Part shown: positions 60,374 to 64,000 of the stretch, one piece after another | Position numbering within the stretch: position 1 is the stretch's first letter | Layout: each line of letters opens with the position of its first letter | NCBI GenBank assembly: GCA_003599295.1 | Contig: QZJK01000006.1 | Coordinates: 14,681-78,680, forward strand | Reading direction: 5' to 3' | Source: Candidatus Parcubacteria bacterium | Lineage (GTDB): Bacteria; Patescibacteriota; Minisyncoccia; Phycocordibacterales; UBA2100 | DNA length: 64,000 bases | Program-made: the position numbers and the translations under genes | Notes under the pieces: model-generated | The model's database searches: none | What the model was told of the DNA's origin: nothing | What the model saw: the letters and a program-made list of their open reading frames with translations, nothing else

Positions 60374-60941
60374 GGTCTTTGTCAGTAGCGCTAGCAGCTT
60401 CGAAGCGAGCGAGCTCCGCGGCTGTTTCAGCGTAGTTTGGAAGTTCGTTCACGTTCGCGACGCCGAGGTGCGCCAAGAGTTCTGCCGTCGCTTTATATAG
60501 GTACTCGCGTCCGTCTTCGGGGTTCCCCTCGCGCTCCAAAAGCCCTCTCGCAAGGAGCGTCCGCAGGGTCGAAGCCGTGTTCACGCCGCGTATGTAATCA
60601 ATGCGTGCTCGGGTCGAAGGTCCGCAGTAGAGGACTATCGCAAGCACTTCAAGCCCGGCATCCCCTATTTCGCGCGAAAGTTCCTTTTCGAGGACTTCGC
60701 GCACTGTTTCCGACGCGGCTTTGGCGACCGCGAGTGTCACCTCGTTCCCCGTATCGATGAGTGTAAGGCCGCTGCCTTCGAGACGCGCTGAAAGAACAGA
60801 GAGCGCCTCGGCAAGCTCTTTGTCATTACAGGAGAGTCGGAGGCCTAGCTTTTTGCGGGTCATGGAACCGCCCTCGACGAACAGAAGCGCTTCGGCAGAA
60901 ACGGCAAGGTCTTGGGGTGTTTTTGAGGGGCTCATATGCAT
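60357..60941 (-). CDS. scpB: segregation and condensation protein B
   Basis: Two winged-helix repeats (LEVLAIVLYCGPSTRARIDYIRGV). Confidence 0.8.
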   Translation of the reverse strand: MHMSPSKTPQDLAVSAEALLFVEGGSMTRKKLGLRLSCNDKELAEALSVLSARLEGSGLTLIDTGNEVTLAVAKAASETVREVLEKELSREIGDAGLEVLAIVLYCGPSTRARIDYIRGVNTASTLRTLLARGLLEREGNPEDGREYLYKATAELLAHLGVANVNELPNYAETAAELARFEAASATDKDHETFG

Positions 60942-61666
60942 TAGGCGCCGTAGCGCGGGGTGCCGGTGGATTCGGCGCTCAAGATGATATCTTCGAAAAG
61001 ACGCTCTTGCGTCATGCTGATAGAGCCCGAACGCACGAGTTCGAGCGCCGCAAGAAAATAGACGATGGTGTCATACTTGTTCCTCGAACGCGTGAGTTCT
61101 TTAAAGCTTGCCTTGACCGCCGAAGTGAGCCGCGTCTTCAAGTTCGAGATAACGTCTTCAAGCGCTAAGACAGGCGCCACCATGGCCTGCTTCAAGGCTT
61201 CGGGGCGCGGCAGGATGTTGATGATGCGCGCCACGGCATTCGCGATGACGCCGACACTCGCTTCGCCCGGAAGAAATACGCTTTCGCGCGCCGGAGCACG
61301 GTAGGCAAGGACGATCGGGGCGCGTCCCCATTCCTGCCGCAGGCTCTTCGCCATTTTTCGGATGAGCGCGTAGCGTGCGAGGCGGCGTTCCAGTTCTTCA
61401 ACGCTCTCTCGTTCGTCTTCGGAAAGCGTGAGCGTCGGAAGAAGCGTTCGCGATTTGATAAGGAGCAGGGTCGATGCGACGAGAATGAATTGCGCGGTCT
61501 CTCCCAGCGGAAGTTCGGGAAGTTTTTCGACGTATGCGAGGTACGCATCGGTGACTTCAGCGAGCGAAACTTCGGAGATGGAAAGTTTCCTATCCTCGAT
61601 GAGGTTCAACAGTGTTTCCAAGGGGCCTTGGAACGACTCCGTTTCGACGTGGAATTTCTCGCTCAT
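60941..61666 (-). CDS. scpA: segregation and condensation protein A
   Basis: FQGPLETLLNLIEDRKLSISEVSLAEVTDAYL kleisin N-terminus. Confidence 0.8.
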   Translation of the reverse strand: MSEKFHVETESFQGPLETLLNLIEDRKLSISEVSLAEVTDAYLAYVEKLPELPLGETAQFILVASTLLLIKSRTLLPTLTLSEDERESVEELERRLARYALIRKMAKSLRQEWGRAPIVLAYRAPARESVFLPGEASVGVIANAVARIINILPRPEALKQAMVAPVLALEDVISNLKTRLTSAVKASFKELTRSRNKYDTIVYFLAALELVRSGSISMTQERLFEDIILSAESTGTPRYGA

Positions 61667-62961
61667 GATTCGTCGGTCGAAAGAAGACTGTCTATGCGAT
61701 TCAAGTCGCGCGGGAACAGCGTCGCTTCTTTTACGTTCGCAAGTTCGAGGAGCCGCGCAGTAAAGCGCTCGAGGCCGGTCGCGGAACCTCCGTGCGGCGG
61801 CATGCCGTATTTGAAGGTCTGGAGATAGAAGGAGAAGTTCTCAGCCTTCAATCCCCTGCCATGGATTCGCTCAAGGAGGAGGTCATGATCGTGAATGCGC
61901 TGCCCGCCTGTCGTCACTTCGAGGCCGCGGAAGAGAAGGTCGAAGCTCTTTGTGTAGCCCGGGTCGTTCTCGTCTTCATAGGTGTAAAAAGGCCGCTTGC
62001 TTACCGGGTAGTGCGTAATGAATACGAAATCAGAGTCGTGTTCTTTTTTCGCCCACTCGCATATTGCCCGTTCGTGTTCGGGTTCGAGGTCTGGTTCTTC
62101 GGAAACGTTCAGTATCTTCTGCGCTTCGCGGAGTTTCAAGACGGGAATTGCAGCAGGAATACGCGGTGCTTCGACGCCATGCACAGCCCCCACCTCGGCG
62201 ACGACATGGCGCACCATGTGCTCGAGCACGCGCATCACATCGGTGTGGTCCTTGATAAAACCCATTTCAAAATCGAGCGATGTGTATTCGGGAAGGTGGC
62301 GCGATGTCGAGTGCTTCTCCGCTCGGAACACTTTCGGCGTCGCGAATGCCCGTTCATAGACACCGACCATTACCTGCTTGTAGAGCTGGGGGCTTGTCGC
62401 GAGGTACGCTTTCTGGTCGTAGTAGTATTCGACGGGGAACGCAGCTGCTCCCCCTTCCGCATCCGCGCCGACAAGAACGGGCGCTTGAAATTCCGTGAAC
62501 TGTTCTTTCTTGAGCGCCTCCCGGAACGATGCAATGATGGTTTCCTGCACCTTGAAGACTCGTTTCGCCCTCTCGCTCCGGAGCGTGTAGGGCATGTAAT
62601 CGAAATAGGTGTCCAAATTCGTTTCAACCCCAAGTTCGAACGGAAGTTCTTTCGCTTTGGATAGTACGGTGAGCGCCAGAATCTCAAGCTCGATGTCGCC
62701 GTTCTGGACCTTTTCGTTGATATTTTTTTCCGGGCGCTTATTCACCTTGCCCTCGACGGAAACGACCCACTCCGGGCGCACTTCCTTTGCCGCTTCCATC
62801 GCGGCGCTTTTCGGAAGCACGACGCCTTGCACGCTTCCCGAGCGGTCGCGTATGTCAAAAAATACGAGCTTGCCCTGATCGCGGCGGACGGAAACAAATC
62901 CCTGCACCAACACAGTGTTTCCCACCGAAGCCGACAATGCATTGATGAGCGTTCGTTCCAT
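61663..62961 (-). CDS. aspS: aspartyl-tRNA synthetase (archaeal/type-2 short form)
   Basis: OB-fold N-domain (FFDIRDRSG), class II motifs, FRAEKHSTSRHLPEYTSLDFEM (Asp-type, not Asn-type). Confidence 0.85.
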   Translation of the reverse strand: MERTLINALSASVGNTVLVQGFVSVRRDQGKLVFFDIRDRSGSVQGVVLPKSAAMEAAKEVRPEWVVSVEGKVNKRPEKNINEKVQNGDIELEILALTVLSKAKELPFELGVETNLDTYFDYMPYTLRSERAKRVFKVQETIIASFREALKKEQFTEFQAPVLVGADAEGGAAAFPVEYYYDQKAYLATSPQLYKQVMVGVYERAFATPKVFRAEKHSTSRHLPEYTSLDFEMGFIKDHTDVMRVLEHMVRHVVAEVGAVHGVEAPRIPAAIPVLKLREAQKILNVSEEPDLEPEHERAICEWAKKEHDSDFVFITHYPVSKRPFYTYEDENDPGYTKSFDLLFRGLEVTTGGQRIHDHDLLLERIHGRGLKAENFSFYLQTFKYGMPPHGGSATGLERFTARLLELANVKEATLFPRDLNRIDSLLSTDES

Positions 62962-62966
62962 ATGAT

Positions 62967-63905
62967 TTATGACAACAGCACGCCTACTTTTTGGCGCACG
63001 TCGCGCATCTTCGCTTCAGCCGCTTCGCGGGCCTCATCGCTCCCCTCTTTCAATATCTGCTTTACATCGGCATCCGTAATGCTTGCGCGTTTCTCGCGCA
63101 TGGGCGCGACGACTGCCTCGATATCTTCGATAAGCACTTCTTTGAGGGTCTTGTAATTGCCTTTGTTCTCCCGATAAAACGCTTCAAGCTTGCTCTCGTC
63201 CTTGAAAAGCCTGTGAATCGCGTACACGATTTCCGGCCGATCCCCCTTAGAATCCGTAACGATCCCCATCACGGCCTTTGTTATTTCCGCCTTCGTGCCG
63301 AAGAGCGGGATGGTGTTGCCGTAGCTTTTGCTCATTTTCTTGCCGTCTGTCCCCGGAACGACCGCGACGCTCTCGAGAATCTGCTCTTTCGGTTCTTTGA
63401 ATGTCTCGCCGTATTGCCTGTTGAATTTCGCGGCTATCTCACGCGTGTATTCGACATGCTGTTTTTGATCTTGCCCCACCGGAACGACATCGGTGTCGTA
63501 GAGAACTATGTCGCACGCCATGAGGACCGGATAATCGAAAAGGCCCACATTCGTTTCAAGTCCGCGTGCTTCTTTGTCTTTGTATGCATGCGCAAGCTCG
63601 AGAAATGACATCGTGACGAGCGTATTGAACACCCACGCGAGTTCCGTGTGCTGCGGGACTTGGGACTGTTGGAATATGACCAGCTTTTTCGGGTCTATGC
63701 CGGCCGCAACGTAGTCGCGCACGATATCGAGGATATTCTTTCGAAGCTCTTCCGGGTTCTTGAGAGTGGTCAGCGCGTGATAGTCGGCGACCATGAGGTA
63801 TCCGATATGGTCCTTCTGCATGTCCGAGAGCGGCTTCAACACGCCGAAATAGTTCCCTATGTGAAGCGCTCCGGAAGGCTGAAGCCCGGTCAGTAATTTC
63901 TGCAT
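62967..63905 (-). CDS. trpS: tryptophanyl-tRNA synthetase
   Basis: TGLQPSGALHIGNYFG (HIGH) and KMSKS present, 312 aa. Confidence 0.9.
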   Translation of the reverse strand: MQKLLTGLQPSGALHIGNYFGVLKPLSDMQKDHIGYLMVADYHALTTLKNPEELRKNILDIVRDYVAAGIDPKKLVIFQQSQVPQHTELAWVFNTLVTMSFLELAHAYKDKEARGLETNVGLFDYPVLMACDIVLYDTDVVPVGQDQKQHVEYTREIAAKFNRQYGETFKEPKEQILESVAVVPGTDGKKMSKSYGNTIPLFGTKAEITKAVMGIVTDSKGDRPEIVYAIHRLFKDESKLEAFYRENKGNYKTLKEVLIEDIEAVVAPMREKRASITDADVKQILKEGSDEAREAAEAKMRDVRQKVGVLLS

Positions 63906-64000
63906 ATATGGCCTAAATATAGCAGAAAATGAGGTAATTTCTATGTGGCGGGCAATTCAACGATGAACTTTGAACCCTTCCCCTGCCCCTCTGATTCCGC

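Overview
This is a gene-dense bacterial chromosomal window of about 55% GC. Its gene content and compact operons suggest a Patescibacteria/CPR-like organism, but that is an inference only. All folds, motif calls and GC estimates are by eye; nothing was computed.

Core genes, in order:
- Three tRNAs at the 5' edge (Pro-CGG partial, Pro-GGG, Ala-CGC), then prs and tRNA-Arg(CCG).
- tRNA-Ala(GGC), guaA, and half of the dcw cluster (mraZ-rsmH-ftsL-ftsI).
- tRNA-Glu(CUC), then a gloA / PfkB-kinase / ahcY methyl-cycle cluster.
- A 3D-domain protein and an alpha/beta hydrolase.
- The complete F1Fo ATP synthase operon (atpB, E, F, H, A, G, D, C).
- ychF, leuS and cysS (convergent), ctpA (S41 protease), rplI and rpmA, a DEDDh exonuclease, and an SPFH protein.
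- An M23 peptidase, gltX, the other dcw half (murG, ftsW, mraY), a PBP5-like D,D-carboxypeptidase, scpB-scpA, aspS and trpS.

Accessory and unusual content:
1. An integrated element abuts the 3' end of tRNA-Ala(GGC). It carries a large serine recombinase whose 3' end is read antisense through the tRNA, a high-GC two-gene patch, and a Shedu-like (DUF4263) nuclease.
2. A low-GC island of about 8 kb sits between atpB and atpE. It encodes a FAD oxidoreductase, a saccharopine-dehydrogenase-like enzyme, an MFS transporter, a tandem GNAT protein and unknowns. A NUDIX gene is wedged between atpG and atpD.
3. leuS carries two in-frame domain insertions: a YdeN-like serine hydrolase before the editing domain, and a NUDIX domain after it.
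4. A GIY-YIG gene lies between mraY and ftsW.
5. Several structured or repeat elements have no obvious role: a 19-bp-stem hairpin inside the atp operon, operator-like perfect inverted repeats upstream of a transglutaminase-like gene, repeats of the tRNA-Glu 3' end, and a GC-rich region between tRNAs.

No rRNA and no CRISPR array were seen.
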